This document shows positions 1-12,600 of a stretch of 64,000 bases of DNA, piece after piece. A program made the position numbers and the translations under genes. The stretch's first letter is position 1. Each line of letters begins with the position of its first letter. The DNA comes from Ophelia neglecta (Eukaryota). The stretch lies in NCBI GenBank assembly GCA_965285935.1, contig OZ260664.1, positions 15,004,001-15,068,000 of the forward strand, in the 5' to 3' direction. Under the pieces are notes generated by a model. That model was not told where the DNA came from and made no database searches. It was given only the letters and a program-made list of their open reading frames with translations.

Positions 1-72
1 TTACATCAGAAATAGGCGTTTGATTTTGATTGATGTCATTTATGGTTAAATTCGTTTTTCTCCTTTTTGCAG

Positions 73-204
73 ACTTTGGACACGTCAATCAACGTTTTTA
101 TCCGCTAAACACTATAGGCCCAGATAGTTTCCAGAACAAAAAACCGCCTTATCGGCAATACTCGAATGAGCAGCCATTGTCTACAAATCATTCCCAGAAC
201 GTAG
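73..204 (+). CDS. Trk: Probable Trk ectodomain exon ([11 protein letters not shown]...NHSQNV), phase 1-1
   Basis: Acceptor tttttgcag at 72, donor gtattt at 205. The frame is open and phase-compatible with exon 853. No recognisable domain. Confidence 0.5.
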
Positions 205-3200
205 GTATTTCAAATGATTGCAATGAGGGAACAATTTGCAAGTACGAAAATGATCACCATTTTGGTCTGCTCGATATATTTATGCCCACGAAAAAGTTAA
301 GTGTGACATCGTTCTTCCTGGCCATAGGAATTTAACCCTATTATCTTCCAGACAAAAGCAAAATTAATCAATCGCAATATATCCGGGTTGCAAAAGTCTC
401 TGATTTCCACAAGACGATTCGTGATTCACGGTTGCCTTTACACATAATCTCTACCCATTAAACATTTGAAGCATGTGATGGCAAAGTAATCTTTGGAAAT
501 TCGTATAAATCATATATCAGCGTCTGGCATGCAAACTTTTCGCGGGCAGCCCCCTTTGTAATATAAGGATTTCTTTCGGTTGCTGATGATTCGGAATTAC
601 TGATTTTGTATTGTATGGCTGCCAGCCACTCTCGTCTTTTACCTCTATGTTAAAAGTCTCCCATCTTCGGTTACACATTGATTCCAGCATTGAGTATTGA
701 GTTCTACCTAATACCTGTAATTGGACTCTATAAGCAATATGATATGGCCTTCTTGTGCATTCGAATCAGGGACTGCGGACACATTTCTAGGGTTACATTT
801 TTTAATTACGCCAGGTGATGTTCAATTTTCCGACCAATTTGTGTCATTTTAGATCAACAAAATGGCTTGTTTACGAACAGAGGATGGGTCTCGTCCATTA
901 AGACATCTAGAAAACTTCGGGGTTTCAGAAGATTTTTTGCAAATATCTACTGTACATATATTACCCAAGTGTACGTTTTTGAGTGGAATGCAGATTTATT
1001 ATCCAACGCAGCTGAAAATGTCCTTTGGCCTGCAAAGTATTTAACACCCACCAAAGTACGCGAACATGTAACACGTACTATTGAGTTTTTACTACTTTGT
1101 TATTTGCTTCGTGTTCGAAAAAAGGAAATTTGAATATGATGCCTTTGGTCTCTTTTCTTAGAATTTTTAAGTAAAGGATTCCGTTGCGCCATCAGAGCTG
1201 ACTTGCAGTTTGTTCTGAAAGATACAAATTCTCATGGATGGCTGGCCACGGGCGAAGAAATCATGTTATTCACACATAAAGTTGTATATGCTTAAAACAT
1301 TTCATATGCAACCCCTAGCCTGCCCATTCAAGCATGTTCCCATTGTATTGAAGATGGAACAGTTATTTCAACATGTATGGATATTTTATAGGTACACATA
1401 GGAGTTGCCATAGCGGTAGGAGGAATAACAGTGGTAGGACTATTTTTCCTTGTACTTGTCCTTGCCACACGCTACCAACGGCGGCGTCTGAGGAACCCTT
1501 ATGAGAAAAACGGATTCCTTGCCGCTTTCCGTTTGAGACGATCGTCCTCGAAGAATGGACAAAGAGGGTCAATTGCCCGAGAGACCATGCCACTCAACCC
1601 AGATAATCTAATAGAAAATCCAAACTATTACAAAAGAGCACATGTGGGGCCAACCGGTTAGTAATGATCACCAACGAGTAGTGCAAGAGACCATTCCTTT
1701 TCATCAACAACAAGTTTTGCACCTGTAATAGAAAGTTAAAGTAGATGGATTAAATTCTACAATTCAAGCTTCGTTGCTAGTATCATGTATGCCATTGTTG
1801 ATGTGTTCCGTAACCGATATCCTGGATTCTATTCTTCAGTCACTATTCGTCACATTGAGAGGGGTACTATATGCTTTATTCGCGAGTTGGGCGAGGGAGC
1901 GTTTGGTCGCGTGTTTCTTGGCCTTTGTGAAGGTCTAACCCCTGGTGATGATATGACAATGGTGGCCATCAAAACGTTAAAGGTGTGTATTACATTTCAT
2001 TCAGCAGATTGCATTGAAAGTTATGATTTTAGTTCAATAGATTTCGTTTGGTTTATAGTGTTATTATAAACTATGATACCATGTATAGGATACGTGCGTT
2101 GAAGACACATATAGAGATTTTGAGAGAGAAGCGGAGTTGCTAACGTCACTGCACCATGATAACATAGTTACTTTTTATGGAATTTCAATAGACGGGGATC
2201 CGTTTATGATGATATTCGAATATATGGAAAACGGAGATCTCAATAATTTCATCAGGTAAAACGAAACAGAAATGCTTCTACTTTTTGTTTTGCTACTAGA
2301 TTAATTTACTAGTAAAATAATATCCGTTTCAACCTGGATAATAATTTTCTGTCGTAAAGGCGTCCCTGTATTTGCGTGTAGTAATCTCCTTCTAGTGGCC
2401 ATCTTACTTTACTTATTTTCAGATCACATGGCCCAGATTCTGCCTACTTACGTAAATCAGAATCTTGCAGTGACAGCGTCATACTGACAACAGCTGAGCT
2501 GGTAAAAGTTGCCAACCAGATTTCAGCAGGCATTGAATATTTAGCGTCTCAACATTTTGTCCATCGTGATCTAGCCACGCGAAACTGTTTGGTTGGTGAG
2601 AAGCTGCTGGTAAAAATTGGGGATTTTGGAATGTCCCGCGACGTTTACAGTACGGATTACTATAGAGTAGGTGTTTTATTTGGTTTATTTAATTTGTTTA
2701 CAATAATCCACCATATTTTAAATATTGTTCTTGCCTCACTGTACTGTGCTTGAAATAAATTGTAGTTTAAAGTGTAATTCTATTACATCACGATTGAAGT
2801 TTTATAGATTTTGTGTACTAATAATAACAAACAATGCACTAACAAATCAGTCGCCTGTCACCATGGAAACGGTTTTATGAACGATTAGTCCGGTTCATCT
2901 TGTTCTATTTTGCTGTTTATTACTTGCTTAAGGTTGAAGGGCAGACCATGTTGCCTGTCCGATGGATGCCCCCCGAGAGTATCCTATACCGGACGTTTAC
3001 TGTCGAGTCAGACGTGTGGTCATTTGGAGTAGTCCTTTGGGAGATATTTACCTATGGCCAGCAGCCATGGTATGAACTGTCCAATCATGAGGTAGGTGGC
3101 GATACAAAGGCTATGTAGAGTCATGTGCGGTTGATTGGAAACTCCATGTGACTATTTTTCTCTCGGAAGAAAACTATTGATGCTAGTGTATACATGTCTT

Positions 3201-3966
3201 AATACCAAACCAAGGTTGGCATGACAAAATTGTGTTAGTGTAAAACGTTGCTGGCAAGCAACACGCAAATCTTGATAAATATTGCAGTAATGTAATTACA
3301 CTTCACTTACATTTCAAGCTTTTTTCGTATATTCCTTTACAAATAGTTTTTTTTTTCTTTGGTAAAACTCAAACGTATTTCATCCACAATCTTTTCTTAA
3401 TCGATATTTTGAATGGGACTTAATTTTCTCACGCGATTTGTCAGAATACCCGCTTAATTGGGACTTCAGTGAAAGATCCATAACCGAATTCATCAACGGG
3501 TTGTACTTACTTAATATTCAAACAAAGTCCAAATTATTTATGATTTATTATTATGATTATTATTTAGGTTGTTTGCCAGGTTAAAAGTGATAAGATATTA
3601 GAATGCCCTGCTAACTGCCCCGACGAGATTTATCGTATCATGCTTGGATGTTGGAAAAAAAGTCCCGAAGATAGGTGAGTGGACATTCACTCAATTGCCT
3701 ATTAAAAAGCTATTCCACACAATACACAACCACTTTTTAGTATGGGTTTGCAATAAATTCAAAATGACACCGTCTTCGACCGCAGCAACATTTCTAATGC
3801 ACGAAGAAGGTTTATATGCTACCTGTTGGAAACCCAGTTTAAATAAACAACAGCTAAAATGAATATGTTCCAATTCAGGTTTACAATGAAGGAGATACAT
3901 GTTCATTTAGAGAGTTTGTGTCGCCCTCTTGCGGAGATGCCAGCATACTTGGAGCTCATGGCGTGA
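73..3966 (+). CDS. Trk: Trk-family (NTRK-like / Trk-like) receptor tyrosine kinase, 5'-partial, spliced; exons 73-204, 853-1055, 1392-1656, 1840-1982, 2089-2255, 2423-2666, 2933-3091, 3568-3674, 3879-3966
   Basis: GT-AG exons join in frame. They give a TM helix, [63 protein letters not shown] and a terminal PAYLELMA*. These are Trk-diagnostic motifs. Confidence 0.93.
853..1055 (+). CDS. Trk: Probable Trk membrane-proximal ectodomain exon ([12 protein letters not shown]...AKYLTPTK)
   Basis: Acceptor cattttag at 852, donor gtacgc at 1056. The frame is open and ends in phase 0, matching the TM exon. Confidence 0.55.
1392..1656 (+). CDS. Trk: Trk transmembrane and juxtamembrane exon with NPxY (Shc/FRS2-type) site
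   Basis: Hydrophobic [25 protein letters not shown], basic stop-transfer RYQRRR, then LIENPNYY; ag/gttagt boundaries. Confidence 0.9.
1840..1982 (+). CDS. Trk: Trk kinase exon (subdomains I-II)
   Basis: [25 protein letters not shown]...VAIKTLK; ttcag/gtgtgt boundaries. Confidence 0.95.
2089..2255 (+). CDS. Trk: Trk kinase exon (subdomains III-V)
   Basis: [22 protein letters not shown]...[14 protein letters not shown]; atag/gtaaaa boundaries. Not in the ORF track. Confidence 0.95.
2423..2666 (+). CDS. Trk: Trk kinase exon (catalytic and activation loop)
   Basis: SHGPD...[43 protein letters not shown]; tttcag/gtaggt boundaries. Confidence 0.97.
2933..3091 (+). CDS. Trk: Trk kinase exon (subdomains VIII-X)
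   Basis: [53 protein letters not shown]. Confidence 0.96.
3568..3674 (+). CDS. Trk: Trk kinase exon (subdomain XI)
   Basis: [36 protein letters not shown]; ttag/gtgagt boundaries. Confidence 0.93.
3879..3966 (+). CDS. Trk: Trk last coding exon with C-terminal tyrosine motif
   Basis: [28 protein letters not shown]; ttcag acceptor, phase 2 matches the previous exon, TGA at 3964-3966. Confidence 0.9.
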
Positions 3967-6900
3967 CATATGGACCTGTAAATATTACAAAACATTACAT
4001 ACGCCCTAACTCAATCAATTAGGATTGATGGCCTTGTTCGATGATGGAAATAATCATGACTAACTTGGTCAAATCTGGTAAGGTGAAATGTGGATTGGTT
4101 TCTAATTCATTGGCTTTAATGATTCAAATAAGACAGTTCCGGTGTCGAACGCCGCTACGCAGAATATGAATGACAGAATAGGCAAAAGATTGGTTACACT
4201 TAAGACATTACTTAAATGATGATTCTGATTATGTTGTTTGGGCGTCCAGTATGAAGAGCTGCTTTAAAAGATGCACATTTCATTGGAAAACTAAGCAATT
4301 CGCTATACCATGCTTTAGTATTTGCGTTTAGCAATTTGGGCTATAGCTCCGGGGTGATTCCTAGGGCGCTGTGTGCACTTTGGCTATTACTTCATAGAGG
4401 CTTCTGACTATGAGACGTTACATTAGCAACGGTCATTAGTAGTTGCGGGAATAAGAAACACAAAGAACTATGTATGTTATTATAACTGGCCCTTACAGTC
4501 TTGTATTGGTATGTATTATCGTTATTAAAACTGTTATAATTAAATACCTTTTTTAAATGGCATGCGTTGGACTCACGCACAATGGCGCTATATGGGACGC
4601 GTGCTCTAATATAGGCTGAAGGAGATACATTTAGCCCTAAAAGAGATTTGTTGTGGTATAAGTAGATTATAGATCCTATATACGCCCCTATATTTTCTAG
4701 TATAAAGTATTTTTGATATGTCACTGAGTGTATAAAACAATTGTAGAATAATACCTATGATGAAATAAAAAGAAACACCGGCTGTATGTGGAATTTTCGG
4801 CGCCTGCATTCTTCAGAACTATTTTTTTAATTGGTACAACACCAGCCTTTAACCGAAATGTTACCAAATCCTTCAAACTCACGTCCCATCATACCACTAA
4901 TAATGCGAGTGAATACATGTGTATTAGATTCACAATGTGTTCTGCTCATAAATCTATCAGAGAACAATTTTAAAAGCACACATGATTGCTACAAATAATA
5001 ATTAAAAATGTGATGGATCCGTTCTCGTGATTCCATTCCCTGGAGGAAGACAACGTATGGGTTGTTGGGTTCTCGCTGAATTTTTTTAAGGGCTGGGCGG
5101 GGGGGGGGGGGGGTGCGGAGTGGTTAATAACAACGGTTTCAAAGTATTGTGTATACGTTAGAGGAAGCCCCACCAAACAGCTCCGCATTTACCATACACT
5201 TAACCATGACTTCATTCTGCTATTCTCAGTAACCACTCTGTTATTTTAACATACACATGTGCTATGTATAGAACAATAGTCCAACTACTTCAATATAATA
5301 AAATGAAATATTTGATTTATTAAATATTTGCATTATTGCTTTAACCACTTAAGGTAATGTTGAGGCCAACAATATAATACTATAAATTATAAATTATATT
5401 GTGTCTGGCTGCTGAGTTTTATTAGTATCGCTCCATCAACGGTTAGCTGACCTTTATAGGCAGTAGCACCCACGTTTGCCCATGGGCCGCTTATGACTCT
5501 GTCAGGTTGATAGTCATGTTATGTTATATTGGTCTCAAGTGCATAATTTACTTACAAAGTCAGGCCGAAGGCTAATGTAGTTGATGGGATATCAAACTCT
5601 AGGGAACAGTTTCAACTGACGCCTTATAGAACCCGCCCAGTGTTCAGCGTTCAACCCAGCATTAATTGCCTTTTTAATAATACACCAGGTAAGGGAAAGT
5701 ATGGAAAGTATAGACGAGCGAGTTATAAATGAACAATATAAACTGCTTAAATTTGGTTTGCACAATTAAAACAACTCACGATTTGTCCATTCATCAAATA
5801 AGCAGCTAAATCTAAAACATTGCATAAACGACAAAACGCTGCGAATTTATTTATTCCCTAGCCATAACAATAAACTGTTATCAAAAGACAGACAAAAGTT
5901 GATTTATGAAAAACGTTTATGCATTCCTTGTTATCCTGTTTCAATTAAGTAATACAGTACTTTGCTGTACAAAGAGATTCCGGAAATAACGTAATCAAGT
6001 TAAGGCTTTAATTTGTTGCATATCAAATATTAGAGCTTCATACTAACCATATGGCAAATACAGCGTTGCATATACAGCGTGTCATGGTGCATTGATATGC
6101 GTCTGAAAATGCTGTAGTAATTGAGACAAGAGGAAATTAAGTGTACCAACTCTAGCAATCGTCGTTGTATATTTTGGAGCAAATTGGATGGGCAAGAGAT
6201 TGAGGGTTGCACTGGAATTGGAATTACAATGATCCGCCAGACCAGTCAATAGACATTTTGGACAGACCCATTAATAATGGACAGTCCCGTTAACGTTTGT
6301 ACCGATTCCTACGTACCCGTATCGTTTGTCCCAATCCCTTCTTGTCGCCTGGAAATGGCAGTGGGATCACTGCAATGTGCATATCTTTATTATCATGGTA
6401 ATTGGAAACAAACTGAGTAAATTGCCTAATTTGAATAAATGCATTCACCCGTGCCTCTGACAGAAACAGCTTAGACTCAATGGAACCTTAATAGTATAAT
6501 GTAGTTTTCAATGCGATCTATGAAATTAAATGTGGGTATAAGATCCAGGCTAAGGGTAAAACGTTGTTGAAGATAATATACATTATTCTTTGCAGAATAC
6601 TAATAGCCACTCTCTCATATGTTTCGCTAATTGCATTGGCTTTGCTTATGTATTTCGGATTTAGATATATACATTTCTCTTTAATGACCAACATAGTCTT
6701 GACGACAAAAGATTGTTTCGATTTTTCAAATAGCAAACTTTCCATTCCTTGAATCCTTGATAGGAATGTTCCGATGTATGTTGCTTGATTAGAACCTACC
6801 CCACTTTCTGAATGCTTCGCAGTAAAATCACGCAATAAAAGCCGAGGCGGGAGGTTTAGTCTATCTGCAGGCCCAACCTGTGAAAACTAACACCTAACCG

Positions 6901-8269
6901 AGGAGCCTACTTAGGATTCTCAATTAGTGTTTAAATGCAGCATGAAGCAACTAATATCTTATTGGCTCCAAGCTCAACCAAAGTATTACTAATCTACTTG
7001 CAATGTACTGTTAACGAGTACCTGGACATTAGTAATCGTGTAACTAAGTTTCCTAAAGATTATTTGGATGAAGATAACACAGGTCCATCTTAAGCCGTGC
7101 TTTAACTAGTGCAACGTAATTAATGGTTTATAAACGACAAAGGAAATAGTCATATGACATGCTTTCAAGACTCGGACAAAGTGTATCTCCCACCGCTCAT
7201 AACGGTTTATTAGGTGTGCAGTAGTCACGGATAAGAAGCAAATGTTATCCGGAAAGATGCCGGTATCGAGCACAACAGTAAAAATAAATGCAGTTTTTGA
7301 TTATAATATAGGGGATAAATTCCCTTTTACCGTTGCCCCCGACAAAGACCATGTACCATATTTGTAGTCCTGAGTATTACTGAGTATTTCACATTTCCCT
7401 AAATTATATTCAACAAACTGCAGGTAATATCTAAGGATTATTTAAATATTTATGTCCAGGGTATTACACCGTATGCATACATTATGAGGGACAACTTGAG
7501 GTCCAACACAGCTTGACATCCCCAATGTCCAAGACATGTATATGTTGAACGGTTGCGGCCGATTAGACTTTTCTGAAGTATAGCGAGGCTTTTTATTTGT
7601 AGGATGAACCAGTCTATCTTTTTGAATGTCATACCGATATCCAAGTGCTATATTTAATTAGTTTCCGTGGATTTGAATGTTGATAAATTTCTATACAGGC
7701 CTCGATTATTATGAATAAAATTATCATGGATTATAATGGATTATAATTGTCATTGTCTGACTTGTTATTTGCAATATACGCGATGTTTATTTAGAAAATG
7801 TGTTGCTTACACAGAAAGCGATATAAACAGTTTATTTGACATTGATATATAGTTGCACTATAGCAATCTACGTCAATTGCAAAAGAAGTTTTTTTTATTT
7901 ATATATTTTATGAATTGTTTAGCCATGATCCAATCTGAACATTTACGTTTGGTAGTATAGTTGCATGTATTGCATATAAGACAAAAATTTGTCGACTGAA
8001 AAGAAATATAAGTTCAAACCATTGAACGGGTGCAGACCTCAATAATTTCTAATTTCACACCCGCCATCAGTTCCAAGTTCCATTGTGTGGCGTGTATAAA
8101 AAAACTGTAGTGGTTAAAATGGTTAAAATGCAATTAATAATCTAGAGTCTGGCGGTTTATTCCACCTTTCAAAATTCATTCCCGAAACGTGAACGCATGA
8201 GTAGATACCCGCCAAACAAAAAGCAAATCCATTAATCAAGAGTTAGTTAAATCATTAGGCTCCTTCAAT

Positions 8270-8684
8270 ATGCCTAGTACAAGAGCAACAGGACTGCTTA
8301 CCACTGGATACATGGTGATACTTTCAGTGGGACTAAGGCTTATTAATGCCCTTGCCGTCCCCCTAGTCATTGGGGGTGTGGAGAGAAACCCTGGACCGGT
8401 TGGCCCTCTAGGTAGAGGAGGCCCCAGAGGTGGTTCACAGCAGGCCAGAGGATGTGGGAGAGGCCAACCAGGCACCAAGGGTAGACCAATGACCAGGTCA
8501 GTCTCTAGTCAGAATGGTAGACAAAGGATATTGGACAACTTTGTTAATCCATCAAGGGTGCAACATAATTTTTAGGAGAGGCTTGCTTGGTTAGAGGATA
8601 CAGTCCATGAACTGCAGAGAGAGAATGCACTCTTAAGGCAAAAGGGGACACACTATAGAGTCCCATTCGCGACGTAATAATCTT
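8270..8684 (+). mobile_element. Decayed non-LTR retrotransposon ORF1-like remnant with N-terminal 2A-like motif
   Basis: Hydrophobic leader ending LVIGGVERNPGP (motif 8375-8398), a Gly/Arg-rich linker and an in-frame TAG at 8573-8575. Then a heptad segment ERLAWLEDTVHELQRENALLRQK and, after a frameshift, ESHSRRNNL (8658-8684), the LE..SRRNNL hallmark at the coiled-coil/RRM junction of L1-type ORF1 proteins. Confidence 0.7.
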
Positions 8685-9146
8685 TAATCATTACATCGGT
8701 CCAATATCATCATACACCAGCAGCCACAGACCAACAATCTACATCAATCGCCAATTCGAAAACAGTTAAAAGACTTGTAATTTAAATAAATAAAACATGT
8801 AAGCACGATATTTATTCTTGCATGATGAGAAGTCAAATTTGTCCGAGCAACTTATCAAGAAAGGACTAAGATGTAGCGAAGAGAGTTGATACCCTGAAGT
8901 GAAGGTTGTTATATATCCCCCACTAAAATCTATAAGAGAAGCAATTGTTCCTTCACCTCAGATGGAAATGGGAATATGAGAATCAAACCAAAAGTCGAAA
9001 TATTTTTTATTTTATTTTGCAACAACAGACATAAGCATTAGTTCTTTGGTTTAAAGATGTTTTGTCAACGGTAAAAGCGAAAAAACAGCATTGTTAGCAA
9101 AAGATCTAAAATATCAATAATTTGACAACCCGAAATTGCCCCTATC

Positions 9147-9480
9147 ACAGTCTCTAAAGGCCTAGGTATTTTATCAAAGGCTTGAAAATATCTCAACGGA
9201 TCTTGTCTTGCGTCTCTTTACTATTTATTTATTCATACATCCATATTTTACCCAAAGTGCAGAGGTCGGGGTAAATACATTTGACAAGACCTTACACCCG
9301 TTGATAAAGGCCCAAAAAGGCGCACTGAGAATGATCGCTGGGTGCCCTAGAAGGAATCCCTCGCTTCTCATTTTAAATAAATTCAGCGTCCTTCGCTTGA
9401 CATTGATTTGCCACTATTTTGTCAATATTTGCAAGCTCAGCATGGACAAACCTTTGAATGCTCTTTTAACATGTATTAAC
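9147..9480 (+). mobile_element. Decayed CR1/L2-type LINE ORF2 C-terminal (post-RT) fragment
   Basis: TVSKGLGILSKA*KYLNGSCLASLYY / FIHPYFTQSAEVGVNTFDKTLHPLIKAQKGALRMIAG matches the typical KISKxIGILxK..LYYSFIxPYLxY..EVWG...L..LQKRAxRxI region; contains a stop and a frameshift. Confidence 0.75.
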
Positions 9481-9632
9481 ATGCTGTCTTCGATATTGTA
9501 GGAACACTGTTCACAGAGGGTCACACTCTCTTCTCTAAACAACTAATCAAACTAAACATGTTTAGATATTATATTTTTCTATATTAATGTGTCCATTATT
9601 GACGAAGTTCATTTCTGCATTCAAATTATAAT

Positions 9633-9698
9633 AACGCTTGTAGTGATGAATAAGGTTTTTTGTCGAACGCTTGTAGTAATGAACAAAGTTTATTGTCA
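9633..9698. repeat. Imperfect 33-bp tandem duplication
   Basis: aacgcttgtagtgatgaataaggttttttgtcg followed by aacgcttgtagtaatgaacaaagtttattgtca. Confidence 0.85.
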
Positions 9699-12600
9699 AA
9701 TATAACATGAATTCACAAAAGTGAATGGGAAAACCTTACCCACCAAATACAATGTAGATAACAATGCATATCAAAACATATCTCTGATTCCAAGCTAATA
9801 CAAATATAAGTCACACAGGTGCGAAAAACTGTTTTGAACTCCATATATATATATATAATAGCATGTAGTACTTTGACATTGATACCATTTCGTTCATGTG
9901 TACAATCCAACCAACCAAATACATGTCGCATTGGAGGTTATTAATTTTCCATTGTTACAGATACAAATTGTAATGATTGGAAAAACGCATGTCTTGGTTA
10001 TCACGCTTGGCTTCACACGGGTGGGCCAAACCACTGTCCGTAGGTGCTCTAATGGACTGGTCCATAATAAGGGTGATCCTAGGATGTGTTTATACCTCAT
10101 TTACATATATGCTATTGAGGGAAATGTTCACTTGTTCAAAGTGACTTTACCACTTGTAAAACACTGATATCGTACACAAATATTATGAATACAACTGTAT
10201 ACGTTATTAATAACACCAATTACAGAAATTTTGCCATAAATTAGTTTAAGGGAATATTAAGATTATGTTTATTTCAACCTATATTAAGCGGCCAATCATG
10301 TTGATACAATTTCGCTTTTGCCGTTTACTCAAAGCCGGTTTTAATAGAGTTAGTCCTATACAACCACATTATGCGAGGCTAAAGAAAGAATCTTAACATT
10401 AATAAGAACAGCTCTTGGAACAGACGTTGATACTTTTTAGGTTATTTTTGTAATACAAAAATAGGATAAACGTCCTGGAATATGTGTCAGTAAACGGAAA
10501 TAAATAATATGTGAATAGGAAAGAACGAATTTTAATACCATGTGCCAATTTCTATCCATTTTCAAATCTGTGTTAACATAGTATTTGTTGTTACTGAATA
10601 CTAATTCGTGACGAAAATATTCGGAATGGGTTGCCAGCAGTTAATTAATCCGAAATCAGCAGCAGCCCCAGGCCCACAAGCAACAAAGGAAACAAGTTGG
10701 ATCCTATCCAAATGGCTTGGCGGAACACATCACTCCTGACCTGTACCACAATATTTCCGGCATGATGTTGAACAACCTTTATAAAAATGATGGCACCCCT
10801 TATATAACCTGTACATTCGTTTCATGAATAGAAAGATTTTCTGTTGCGTACATTTATGAAACGTTCCCTTTGCTGAAAGATATGTCTTGCTTTGGATGTT
10901 TAAGTCTCCACAGTAAAGCCGAGAAGAGATGTTTGACCGAGGAACAAAGCGGGTATTTGGTAATCCAAATAATCTAACCGAATCAGATCATCATCATTTT
11001 CGAATACCCTGAGAAGCACCGCGTATGGTTGACAATATATGATTAACTATTGCCCTTGTCTAAATTCAAACTTCCCGATAAACGCCTGCCTCTTCAAACT
11101 TATAAACCCGATGTAACCTACTGTAAAACTTTATTGAAACTCTTATTGGTGAGACTTTATTTTGCATTTAGGTCGGATAACATCTGTTAACCTACCATAA
11201 AGTGCTGTGGATGAAGTCATATAAATTGCGAGGCTAATTTTCGTCAATCGAATTAATGCTTCCCCATTAAGCTTTGATTATCTCGACGAATTAGCTCATT
11301 GACTGAAAGCGGCACCATTTCGTGTTGTCTGCCTGTGACTTCAGCAGTCTTGTGATCTATCAGTGCACACGCTTATTGATCACCTAGAAAAATGGTTCCA
11401 CTAGAAGTACAGATGGGTGGCCTTAATGAAGATATATGAAGGCAAACGGATGGTAAACCTCTTATAAATGCTTACAACGTGGGTGTAATAAAGCAGCTCA
11501 GGTGGCCTTTTGCTGTCTTTATGGCCAGAAAATGTCTTACCGTAGAATAAGACAGTTCATTACTGCGGGTCTGACGCAGTCCTCTGAAGAGTCGAGAATT
11601 TTCTCATTGTATATATGTTAATTGATGCATTAATCCCCATGCAGACGACAAGGCTGTGACGCACGGCCCCAAATAGGCCATTCAGTGGTTAAGCAATTCT
11701 CGCCAATGAAATTTATATTCCCTGACGGAACTCAACTGCTCCAGCAAACTCAATGTCCATGAACTATTGTAAGTGTACCTTATGGCTTTGTCTTATTCAG
11801 CCAAATTGTAAGTAAATAGCAAATTTCGAGAAAAAAATATGGATATATATTTAGATAATAATACATTGAGAGTCTTAAGAATGCATGTTTGCCAACTACC
11901 ATAAACGCATACTTAATGTATGCTTCGTTTAACCAAAGACTGTGTTGAAAACAACAATATCCTATTTTATCATTACAAACTGTAATTTCGCTATTAGTGG
12001 CGATAGAGCACATTTCTTAATTATGCATTTAACGACACAGGATCTAGAGTTTCATCTTGTTTGCAGTCCTCTGTCAAATTGTTTCCAACGATCGCCTTAC
12101 ACTTTGAACTAACAAATGTCTTGATACGCACATCGATGTTTGTGTTTGGTACTTTATTATCCAATTATTCAATACACATTAAGAAAACAGCTGCTTCATT
12201 GTTGCATGTCCCACCTATGGAAGCCTGGTCAGATCTGCAATTCCGACAAGTGTCTAATTCTTCTGCCTCTGCCTGCCTTTCTTGAGAACTGAAGTAATTG
12301 AGTAATATATAGCTTTCTGCATAAAGCAATATTTGTATAGTCCACCGTGCAAAAAAAAGATGCTTAACTTGTTGGTTGTATTCTTCAACCGAATCTGTCA
12401 GACCCAAATTTATAACATATTTTATATCATTTTTGTTAGTACCAGTCTTTGTTGCTTGCTTCTCTCGGCGTAATAAGTTGTGTGTATTATGTTTTTAATG
12501 CTAAGGAAATATGCCGCCTCATTACAAACATTCTGAACTTCAGGGTTACCAAGAGCAGTAGTAATTAGCAGTGTACTTTTGGAGTGCAATCTAATAATAT

